From positions 22,072,001 to 22,136,000 of the forward strand of contig CDPCPM010000007.1 of NCBI GenBank assembly GCA_976551045.1: a stretch of 64,000 nucleotides of DNA, in the 5' to 3' direction. The notes under the pieces were generated by a model, which was not told the DNA's origin, did not search any database, and saw only the letters and a program-made list of their open reading frames with translations. A program made the translations under genes and the position numbers. Positions 51,181-62,535 of this stretch are shown in pieces. Origin of the DNA: Glaucostegus cemiculus. Its lineage: Eukaryota. The first letter of the stretch is position 1. Each line of letters begins with the position of its first letter.

Positions 51181-54100
51181 AGGTATCTGTGCCAGAGTTA
51201 GTGAAGTATAGAATCAAAGGAACAATAGTTATTTTATGCATCAGTATTTTTGAATGGGAGGTTTTGGTGTACGGATGAGCTGTGATAGACCCCATACACC
51301 AATTTTTTTCATATAAGATTTGGAGGAGACAATTTATACAGAAGCAGAATGAATGTTGATGCAGCTGTTGTTAAGTCAGGAAGTCGAGTTTGAGTATGCC
51401 CTTCAAATAACTCCAGTAATTCAAAAGTTGTGAGGTAACATTGTTTGTACTTTGATTAAAGCCACTTGACTTCCCCAGTGATTCATTACTGCTGTAAGGA
51501 GCTGGGGTTTGACATTGTGATTGATGTGTGCATGTGATGTGTGCTGCTGTCAGGAGGTTTCTAAGTCCACATTAGAGGTAACTGAAGTTAGAAATGTTGG
51601 CAGTTAGAAATTTCCTAAGAAGCTATAATAACCAGGAGGGCCTTTGGCGATGTTTACAATCACACTAATAAGTAAGGCATATCACCTGACAACTGCTTAT
51701 GCCCTTTAATGAGGTGATACTTCACATGGTTGAATAAAGGATTAGAGGAGCTGAAGCTGACTTCAGATGCACAATAGTGATGGGAAAGAAATTACAGTGC
51801 TTTTCAATGTTGTCATGTGTCACATTGACAGGTTATCATTAAAGAAATTATAAATAATGCATTTTTCTTCAAGAGGTGCAAATACAATTTGTTTAATCAT
51901 CACCTTTTGAGAATGGTCAGGCACAGCCTTGTACTTAAGTAACACAAGCAGGGACTTTTCATGTCTCGTCTTTAAATTATGGACATTAAGTCAGAACTTC
52001 AGTGGCACCCTGAGCTACTCTTGTGTAAATGTCAGTCAATAGTTATTTAATGGCTTTTTGCTGCAGATTCTCCTTCATTATATGTTCAGCTTTTTTGTCA
52101 ATGTCAAACCACCAATTCTAATAGCAGTAATTTGTGGAAATGTTAAGTGCATTATTTTCCCATAGTTTCCCAACCGTTTAGTTCACTAATAAGACCACTT
52201 AAATGAGATGGACATTGGTATTGATTGACTGTGTCCCCTCAGACAAGTTTGGCTGATCATTTTACGGGCAACGACTGGACATCTGATACAACAAATTTGT
52301 ATTGTGATCATATTTGGACACAAGTACTGTACCTGCCAATTTGAAGAAAACAAACAAAAAGCAGTCTTCACCCACTTCTAAAACAACTGTAAAACCCTTC
52401 ATATTTACAAATTGGGATATAATTTCTGTTTTGACACCTCAATTGAAAAACAACCTTCTTCATCATTTGCTACTTGTGATAGTGCCTTGATCATCTGCAA
52501 GCTTTAAGGTAATGTAGACTCTGAAAGAGCAGACATGTTCCTACCAATCTCACTTCTAAAGAAAAGTTGCCATTGCTCCTAATCACTTACTTCCCTGAAA
52601 AGAGAGCAGAATAAGAGAAACCTGGTAGAACTTGTTGAATTTCAAGTCTAAAGCTAGCAAAGGCATGAATGAGAATTCAACCACAGGTAAAGTAAAGCAT
52701 ACATTATCTACAGTATGATCAAGGTCATGATATCTGTGTAATCATCCACAATAATCTCATGTACGGTGAGGCCCTCTTAAGTGAAGAAGTATTTTGAGAC
52801 AGAGAAAGTGGTGAATAAGATCATATTGATTCACATCACATTACAGTGACCAGCTTTCTTTTAGGTCACTGAGAAGTCCTTGGAAGTGTGCATTGTCTCC
52901 TGTGGGTAATATGACAAGTGTTCTCTGAAATTTTCATTTGCCAAATGTCATTTGTAGGGTGCATTTTGTTGAGCAATTAGAATGTTCCATCACAGTTGTA
53001 CTTTAGTAAAATCCAGCCATTCATTTTCATGCTCCCCACTTAAGGCAGTAAGTTGGATCAGCCTTCTTGATCCAGAACCCACCTGATGGTACTTGTTTAC
53101 TTCCATTATCTTTGTACCACAAAGGTTCAATGTCCTATCCACATTGCAAGTGGTTAAGCTCAATTGAAACAAATTTACAACTACAGGAAAACTTCATTAC
53201 TATGATGTATTTGGGATCTGGTGGTGCTGGACCAGCAGATTTTTGGATATTATTTCTAATAAAACCCCAAAACAATTTTAATTCACATTTTATTAACTAT
53301 TACACAGTAGAGTAATAAATCTTCCAGTGAACATGTTCAGTTTAAAGGGAGCATGGGAAAAAGAACAAGGTGAGTTTCAAGGGAGTGCAGGAAACAGGGC
53401 CTCTGTCAGTATAAGTGAGTGTGGGAGCTGGGGCTCCGGTTTGTTTAGAGGGAATGCGGCAACCAGGGCCAATGCATAGCAGAGGTAGCATGGGAACTGG
53501 GGCCTCAGAATGTTGGAATCAAAACATAGTGACCTAGCTGCCAAACCATCAGGGTTTGCTAATAGACTATGGATTCTCTGTATATGCAAAACAAGCCACT
53601 GCGTTGATATTCACTGTCTTTGCATTTTTGGGTTAGAAATCCCCCTGAGATTGTTGTTTATTTTTTTTATTTTTATAATGCAAATGTTAACAGAGAATAG
53701 ATTTTTGTTCATTATGGAGATATATCTACTTCAGTCTTAATAATTATTACAATGTTGAGTCTGGATTTTGATCAATTTTAATATTATTGAAAATATATCC
53801 AAATCACTTTATACATTTTTATTCAAATGACGCAAAAGATATTCTCTTGCAACTAATCGTACAATACATCATTATAGTGCAAAATTAATCTTCAATCTGT
53901 AGAGATAGTTTTACAATTCAGTCTTCAATGCCATAGTTCAATGGAAAACAATAGAAATTAAATATAATTATAATTATTAATTCATGCAAATTATAATTAC
54001 ATAATTTTATAAAAATATAAAATTATAAATCTCATAATACTTAATCTACCTGCTTCATGTAATACAAGAACATAATTTCAAGGGCAAATATATCATATAA

Positions 54101-54389
54101 CAACAACAGTATCAGATTAATATAAATCAACACATAATATGTGCCAATTTGTATAAATAAATTATAGGAATACATCCATTGATGTGCATTTGAACAAAAG
54201 GAAATCTTACTATAAATTCAGAACTCCCCTCTTTTATATTATAAATGTCACATTGTTAATGATAAAGTATTCATTTGTTACAAGATTGAATTGCTTTTGT
54301 AAATCTTAATGCTTTATATTGATGCTCATTTGCTCCTAGATTAAAAATGAGTGTGTGAATTAATAATACTTAAATCACAATTTTAACAG

Positions 54390-54542
54390 GTGCAGAAGAT
54401 GAGGGACTATTTGGAGGCTCATGGTTTGCCATGCTGGGCAGACTTGACAGTTCAAGGACAAAAATGGACAAGTCCTCATTCATCTTTTGTTTTTGATACA
54501 GCTGCAGAAATATTGCAGAGCCAAATACAAAGAACTATGAAG
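54390..54542 (+). CDS. Internal coding exon C: TIR alphaA-betaB-BB loop-alphaB
   Basis: Acceptor caattttaacag|; 153 nt, phase 0 to phase 0, VQKMRDYLEAHGLPCWADLTVQGQKWTSPHSSFVFDTAAEILQSQIQRTMK; donor AAG|GTAAGA; 'LE..G..CW.D' is the TIR_2 betaB motif and continues in frame from exon B. Confidence 0.9.
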
Positions 54543-55219
54543 GTAAGACAATGAGAAAATGAACAGCAAATGTGCCTCTTGGCCTACTTTTCTTTGAACT
54601 CAAATTTACCAGCATCTCCTACATTTTCTAAAATTATTTTAGTACTTGGAATATTTGTCAAGCTAAAAATAAAACAACAACAGATTACCAAAGCTTGTTA
54701 CTTTTTAGCTAAATTAATTCCAATTTTATTTTAGGAATGCCTGTAGCAATTTCACAGAAGAGGGAATTTTATTTAGTCTATGGATCGAGTTATGTTAAGC
54801 TGTTGCATCATACTAGCTGTGAAGTCACAAGGACACAAAAATATAAACTTCAACAACGGGTTAAACTGGTTATGGGATATCATGGCAACTTACATTAAAA
54901 GGTAAGTTCTAATGTTGACTTTATCCCAAGGTGCTTTGTCAGAGTAAATAAGACAAAACCTGACACTAAACCACGGATGACTAAGTTTTTGGGTCAATAG
55001 GATGTTTCTCAAAATCCCTTTAAACTCCTCCCACCCAGTTACCTCCCCCTATGCATTCTTCTCCTCCCAACATTTCCCAGCCTGCATATCTTCTCACCTC
55101 AACGCTGCCTCACTCGCCATCCCTCCAATCTTCGGTGTATCTGACACTGCTCCCTATTTATCTTCTGCCTTCTGCTAATCTTTTCTCCCAGACCAGTCAC
55201 CCATTTCCACATTTCCTTA

Positions 55220-55440
55220 TGACATAGAAGGAGAACATTTAACCCACTGAGTCTATGTTGCCTCACAGAGCAATCCTATTCCCCCAGTAATTTCCCTGTA
55301 ACCAATTCTCTGCACATTCCCAACAATTCTACCACTCACTTAAACTTGGGGCAAGTTAGAGCAGCCAATTAACCTACAAACCTGCACAATTTTGGGATGT
55401 GGGAGGAAAGTGGAGTGCTGTTAAACTGGAGCACCCTAAC
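55220..55440 (-). mobile_element. Older HE1-related SINE fragment
   Basis: gacatagaaggag..cattt tail; gccaattaacctac; tttgggatgtgggaggaaa; aaactggagcacc. Confidence 0.65.
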
Positions 55441-56969
55441 CCTCTTCTCTCATATGCTATGCTGAGAGATAGTGGATGTTTGTTCATAGACAGTACATAT
55501 GTGACTGCCTGGGATGCCAATTCTAGTTCACATAATGCTTTTGACATTCTGCACATTAGAACATCACCTCTTCATAATCATGATCCCATCTGGTACAGAC
55601 TTTCTTCAATTTGCCACTCCCATGTTATTCCAATGGCAAAGAATTATCAGTCCATTAAGACTGATAATTGTGCAGCCTAGTTTGCTTACTCTTCCCCTTC
55701 ATAGAATCATAGCACTGTACAGCAGAGAAACAGGCCCTTTGGCCTACCGTTTGCATGCTAACCTTTCCTCCTCTTAAAGGAAAGACGTGAAGGGGAATCA
55801 CTGGCAAAACGACTGTCCCAACACAAAATTATCGGAAAATAGGAGCAGCTAACATGCCATCAAATAGAAATAGAAAATGAGTGAACCAGATTGAGGAAAC
55901 GTGTCTAGTAATGGAGTTCATCCTTATTTGGGGCACTTAATGGGCATTTGTACTTAGTGCAAGCAATCCATTCAGAGGATTTCCGAAAGAATCACAACAT
56001 TGGGGAAATTTACCTTTGAAAAATTCTTAGGGTGATATTTACCAACATTTCTGAAGTAAGACATGATCAGTGCAATAGTCTTTGCCCCTAGAAACCAGGA
56101 AAAGAAAGTATTGGGTTTAAAGAACTCTTTCCACAACAGCCAGGATGCAGCAGCATAAAAGATTGCCCTGACAATGAGGAAAATGCAGGTGACTGGCAAC
56201 ACATGCCTTCATTATGTGTGGCCACACATACCCCATCCCAATCATTATCACAAATCAAGCCCTGTGTTGTGAATGGCCCCAAGCTACTGTGAGATATGGG
56301 CTCATCACTCTACAGAAATAACGGCATGGAACCCTGCTGTGCACAGCTGCAATAAGTACAGAGAGGCCCAGCAACAACGTGTGAAATATGCAGAGCATTA
56401 AACCTTAAGCAGGCAGTTGCAGAGAACTACAAATTGATGTCCCCACGGGGGCTGTTTAATCCACATGTCCTATTCTGACTTCCCTCAGGGTTAGCTACTT
56501 GTTTTATGTGGAGTTAAAAACAAAAATTGCAAATTGTGCTTTATTGCTCCAGTTTCCATTGGTAATGCATGGGATAATGTCATTACATGTGTGCATAACA
56601 ATAGAGTGTCAGCCATGCTAAAGTGAAATGCACCTGCAAGTGCTCAGTCTAATTTTACAATTGGTACCAGTTCAGCAGAAAAAAAATAATAAAAATCACA
56701 GTAAAGAATTAGTAAAAACAAATGATATGTTTGATATCCACATAAAATCAGATGCAAATTTGTCCAATTTCAAGGCTATGCTTTAGGTGTCCTCTAAATG
56801 ATACAATAATTATTGTTTTAAGTAGACTTCCATTAGTGGCATGCCATAGGCAAGTTTTTTTTCATTTGAGCAGGCCAAAGGAAGAAACTGTTTGAATCTT
56901 CCAGCTCAATTATGTTTGAAGCTATTTACTTTTATTAGTAAATTAATGGAGTCCTTTAAAGTTTAATCT

Positions 56970-57250
56970 TTAAGATCTTTATTAGTCACACGTACATTGA
57001 AACACACAGTGAAATACATCTTTTGCGAAGAGATTTTGGGGGGCAGCCCACAAGTGTCGCCACGCTTCCAGCACCAACATAGCATGCCCATAACTTCCTA
57101 ACCTGTACATTTTTGGAATGTGGGAGGAAACTGGAGCACCCGGAGGAAACCCACACAGACATGGGGAGAACGTACAAACTCCTTACAGACAGTGGATGGA
57201 TTTTAACCCGGGTCGCTGGCGCTGTAAAGCATTATGCTAACCACTGTGCT
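56970..57250 (-). mobile_element. HE1-like SINE with Rex1-like tail
   Basis: Same head and body as 37280-37527 but a different 3' half ending tttcactgtgtgtttcaatgtacgtgtgactaataaagatctta. Confidence 0.9.
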
Positions 57251-57431
57251 TTTAGAGATTACCAAGATAATTTACCATTATTTTAACAGAACACTGCAAG
57301 GATTTACACAGATCCTAATGTCGGCAAAATAGGGAACTTTCAATTAATTTTCACAACCACAAGTTTCAAACGGACCTGTTCTTTACTGGATTATGGGAGC
57401 TAATTTACACAGCAGTCATTGGAGAATACTT

Positions 57432-57695
57432 ATTTAATTAATTTATTTATTTATTTATTATTTACAGCGTGGTAACAGGCGCTTTCGGCCCAATGAGTCC
57501 ACGCCGCCCATTTAACCCCCCAAATCAACCTACCCGTAGGTCTTTTACAATGTGGGAGGAAACCGGAGCACCCAGAGGAAACCCATGCAGACATGGGAGA
57601 ACGTACAAACTCCTTACAGTCAGCAACGGGAATCAAATCCCGATCGCTGGTGCTGTAACAGCATTGTGCTAACCACTACACTATCGTGCCGCCCC
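57432..57695 (-). mobile_element. HE1-like SINE with CR1-type tail and (TAAA)n end
   Basis: Near copy of 37280-37527; head ggcggcacgatagtgtagtggttagc; (ttta)n at 57432-57462. Confidence 0.92.
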
Positions 57696-57988
57696 TATTG
57701 AAGGTGTCAGAAAAAATACTCTTTCATCCCAGTTCCTTATTTAGTGTCTCAGAGAATGTTGATGGGTATCTGGAAGAATCATATCACATAACCAGCAGCT
57801 CTCCATCTTGTAGTAATGTTATTCTAGTATTGAATTTGCCAGAAATTGTCCCTCTGTGAAGAATATTACCTTGACACCATAAGCTTTTATTTTATTTAAC
57901 AAATGCTCTTGTTCTTGGTCTAATTATCAACAATTTTCCTTAGAGAGAGAAACTGAGACAGAAATCTCCTGGAGTGTATTATTCTGTA

Positions 57989-58330
57989 GAGTAAAGCTTC
58001 AATAATCCACAATCCAATTGTTCAGAAAAGTCCACAGGCAGGATTGCCCGGGCAGATACATGTTTCAGCATTAGGATCACCATGGCCTTAGTTCCCAAAA
58101 TCCCATGAATCTCACCGAGGCCCCATTTTAACTCTTCCTTGAAACTCACCAGCTTCTGTTTTCCACATTTCCCTTTAACCTCACTGGGTTTGCTGGAAAA
58201 TTATTGATTCATCTGTGTAAATATTTGAAGTGTGTTGGAATATCAATTGGAATAACATCCAACTGTCCAGAAAATCTGCCAGTCTGCATCACCAAAATCC
58301 TTGACATGCCAGATTATTGGAGTTTTCCTG
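57989..58330. mobile_element. Old pogo/Tigger-type MITE
   Basis: Left TA|gagtaaagcttcaataatcc; right end reverse-complemented TA|caggaaaactccaataatct; TA dinucleotides at 57987-57988 and 58331-58332. Confidence 0.6.
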
Positions 58331-58767
58331 TACATGCCTTCAATCGAATGTCTAACTTTAACTCAGCAATCTGATCTGGATCAACTAATCCAGATTTTAT
58401 CAACATTTATACCCATTGTCACATCAAGCCTTGTTCAAGCTACCCAGTGTAGTAAGAAGGGTAACAAGAATATAAGTTAACAATCATTCATGAACTTTAG
58501 GTCCACATTATGTATTGAATTAGTTCAAAAAATTACTCAATGAGGTTGATTAAAATATTAGGACTCATCTCTGTCACAATTATTCAGCAATTAACTGCTA
58601 TCAGGTTATAACATTATAGTTGAGATCGATGTAAATTCATCAGATTAATTTTTAGTTAGATTAAACCCTGTTAAAAAAAGACAAAATTAGAAGTATGTAA
58701 GGTCTATAATATGTTTCTAGTTATCAATATTTTCAGTACTTGTATAAATATGTCCTTACGCCCTGAA

Positions 58768-58838
58768 AGAATCAGAATCAGATTTATTATCACTGACTTA
58801 CATTATATGTTGTGAAATTTGTTGTTTTGTAGCAACAA
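58768..58838 (-). mobile_element. Rex1 3' tail fragment
   Basis: aatcagaatcagatttattatcactga...gaaatttgttgttttg, the reverse complement of the tail at 23350-23415. Confidence 0.75.
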
Positions 58839-58839
58839 T

Positions 58840-60850
58840 CATCAGCTACCTTTGGATCATGGCTTCCCATCAAATATCAGGCCATGGTTACCCAAGCAGT
58901 AATGGACCTCATTTCCTTGTTCCTTCCACAGTTTCCAGCCTTCTAGTGTCCCAGACTAGAAGACTTCTACCCAAAATCTACAAGCAGGGTTGCTCTGGCA
59001 GACCCATTGCTTGAATCTGTTCTTTCCCCACCAAATTTATTACTTCCTACCTTCACTCAACCCCTTCTCTTCTGGTCCAATCCATTCCCACTTATATCTG
59101 TGACACCTCTGATGCTCTCTGTCACTTTGACTGCTTCCAATTCCCTGGTCCTAACTGGATTATCTTTACCACAGATATACAATCCCTTTACATCTCCATC
59201 ACACATCAGGATGGTTTGATGGCTCTCTGCTTCTTCCTGGAACAGAGGTCCAACCAGTTCTCCTCCACCGACACACTCATTCACCTGGCTGAACTTGTTC
59301 TCACTTTGAACAACTTCTCCTTCAACTCCACTCACTTTCTCCACATCGAATGTGTAACTTTGGGCATTCATGTGGGCCCAAGCGATGCTCGTCTTTCCAT
59401 GGAATATGTGGAACAGTCTTTGCTTCAGACATGCCTGGGCCCACTCCCTCAATGTGATTTTCAGTATGTCAATCACTATATTGGGCTGCCTCCTGCACTC
59501 ATGCCTACAATTTCAGTATTTTGCTGCCAATTTCCACCCTTTCTCCCCTTCACATGGTCAATTTCTAACTCCTCCCTTTTTCTGAATCTTTCTATCTCTG
59601 TCTCAGGAAAAGGCTAGCTACTAACATCTATTACACGCCTACTAGCTCCCACAGCTATTTCAACTACTCTTCATCACATACTGCCTCCTGTGAGGACTCG
59701 ATTCCTTTCTCCCAGTTTCTCTGTCTCTGTTGTATTTGCACTGATGATGAGACTTCCTATACAAGTGCCTTTGAGATGCCTCCCCCCTTCACCCCAGCAT
59801 TGTTAACAAAGCCCTTGACTGCATCTAATCCATTTCCCGTACTTCTGCTCTCACCCATTTTCCTCCCAGACAGAACAAGGATAAAGTGCCCAGTCCTTAC
59901 CTTCCACCCCACCAGCTTTCGCAGTCAACAGATTATTTTCTGCAATTTCCACCAGCTTTAAAGAGATTCCACTACCAAACATATCTTCCCCTCTCCTCCT
60001 CGTTGAACATTTTGCAGGGACCATTTTCTTTTTGACTCTCTAGTTAACTCTTCTGTGCCCACCAACAATCCTCCTTCTTACCGCAGGTAATTCAACACTT
60101 GACTGTTCACCTGTTTCCTTCCAACCATCCAGAAACTCAAAGAGTCTTTCAAGGTGAAGCAGTGATTCACTCACACCTTTTTCCAATCCAGTGTACTTCA
60201 TTGGATGTTCACAATGTACATTGGAAAAAACAAATACAGATTAGGGTGACCACTTTCAGTCCAAAGAGATGGCCCTGTGTCTCCCATTGCCACTCTGACC
60301 TATCAGCCTGTGGCTTCCTGCACTATTTCAATGAGACATAATGCAAGCTTAAAGTACAGCACTTCAATTTCCATCAGGGCACATTGCGGTCTTCTGAACT
60401 CAATGTTAAATTCTGAACTCAATGTTAAATTCTACAGCTTCAGGTAACCTGATTTCTCTGCATTGGTTGTCTGTTTGAGATGTTGGCTCAACTTATTTTT
60501 ACTTTTTCCCTCCTTTTCTTTTTTATTCCTCGGGGAGTGGAGGACATATTCAGCCAGAAGAGTTAGGCATATTTTCCTACTCTGCATTTTGCAGCTCCCA
60601 CATTGCTTTGTCAAAGCTCTCACTCTTTAACTGTCCAGATAATCTCTTTTACAACTTATCCCCATAGTTATCCTGGTCTTACCCTATCAGAGTCATTCCC
60701 TTCCCCTACTCTCCTTGCAGTTTAACAAGCTTTGTTTGTCTCCTTCCCAGTCCTGACAAAGGATTTTTGACCTGAAATATTAGCTCTGTTTTTCTTCAAA
60801 TGGATGTGGCCTGACCTTTTGAGGATTTCCAGCATTTTCTGCCTTTATTT
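58840..60850 (+). mobile_element. Penelope-like retroelement, 5'-truncated, disabled (RT plus GIY-YIG plus terminus)
   Basis: DIQSLYISITHQDG; LIHLAELVLTLNNFSFNSTHFL...LGIHVGPS..YVEQSL (PLE RT); YIG at ~60217; terminus gatgtggcctgacc...tttccagcattttctg. Confidence 0.9.
60392..60433. repeat. 19-bp tandem duplication inside the Penelope element
   Basis: ttctgaactcaatgttaaa occurs twice. Confidence 0.9.
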
Positions 60851-62254
60851 AATAAAAGTTTACTTTGCCATTGACTGTGCACATAACATTAGCTTCCAAA
60901 GATGTACCCTATCAACAGAGGTACCCTCTGTTCCTGGGTGAATTCACCTTCACATTGTTGGCTGCATCTAAACTAGCTGGAATAAGTCTCACCTTCTCTG
61001 GTGGGCATTTTACTGAGGTATGCATATTGCAAGTCTGAGTGGCTTAAAGTCTGCATCATCTTAATGAGCTTAGTCATTGGAAGAGCCTCCAGATTGATTC
61101 TTTAATGTTCCATCTAGATCTGAAATTAAAGATAATTATGCGAATAGGTATAGTGCATAATTCTCTCAATATCTATTTGGAAGTAATGCATGAAAGATGA
61201 GCATTCTAATTATGATTTAATTAAAGTCCTATGCTGATTCAGCGCTATAATTTCTGAACACAAGAGGCAATTCCGCACTTCTGGAACTGAGGAAACATAC
61301 AGCAATTTTTAAATTGTACAACACCTTTCACAACATCAATGGCCAAGAAAACTTTACTGCTAGTGAAGTAATTTTGACAAGCACTCACTGTAGCAATGTA
61401 ATACACACCATTTGCATTCATTAGGGGGCAAAACAGGAGAGCAAAGTCATTGCAAGTGAACAAGGTAAGGTTGTGAGGAAACTGATGCTGGGATTGTCGA
61501 ACACACAGCAGACTTAGAGATTATGATGAAGGTTTAATGATGCTGTAATTCTAAGTACTCCTGGTGGAGCTCAGCAAAAAGTAGAATAGAAGCCAACTTT
61601 TGATCACCTCTCCTGTGTCAGTACAGTTACAAAATACATGAGTCCAATATCAAAATTATTCAGTCTGGTGTGAACTTATACAAGCTGAATGTTATGGTGG
61701 TGACTGTGGGAAATGGAAAATGTGTTGAGGAGGAAATGAAACTACTTCAATTGGGATAGATGTACATTGCTGGGACAAATTTATTTAATTCTTGACATTT
61801 GCTGTACTTTTCACTGAACAGTTTGATAATAAAGGTTTCAAAATGTGGTGGAATCTTCCATCTGCACCACTGAAATTCATAAGAATCCCCTATTCAGTAA
61901 AACATAAGGCAGAAATTCTGAGAATTTTCAAGAGTAAAGTATACTTTTAAAATTAAGGGAAACAACTTCTGTGCTCCACATTGCTTCATGGTGAAACCTC
62001 CAAAACTACTATGAATTTATGCCTCTTCATATGGCTCTGAATTTAAAATTACATGGTATTTATTATATAATCAGTATTTTAAGAAATAGTTAGAAGTTAT
62101 GGTGGAAATATTTATCTGTTTCTCATTATCTTACTATATTATTAATGATTCTAAAATCTAAATACATCACCATTGCACTTTTAGAGAAAAAGAAATCAGC
62201 ATTGACTATCTTGTTTCCTAAATAAAAACATCAGGTTAGACGAAGGGATGCACA

Positions 62255-62535
62255 CATGTGCAGCTGGTAGAACTGCTGGCTCATAACATCAGTGACCCAA
62301 TCTGAATCCTGACCTCTAGTGCCTGACTGGGTGGAGTTTGCATGTGCTGATTGTTAAGTCAATTTGTCCCTATAAATTGCCCTTAATGCATAGGTGATTG
62401 GTACGGTCTGGGCAAATTGATGGGAATGCAGTGAGAACAACATGGGATTAGTGTAGAATCAGTGTAAATGGGTGACTGATGGTTGACATGGACTAGATGG
62501 GCTGAAGGTCCTGTTTCCATGCTGTGTGACTCCAC
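62255..62535 (+). mobile_element. HE1/V-SINE, older copy
   Basis: gtgcagctggtagaactgct head; gtggagtttgcatg; taaattgccc; tail atgggctgaaggtcctgtttccatgctgtgtgactc. Confidence 0.8.

Noticed and set aside
53700-54370. Very AT-rich tract before exon C
   Set aside because: Low complexity with no discernible periodic unit; no function can be supported.
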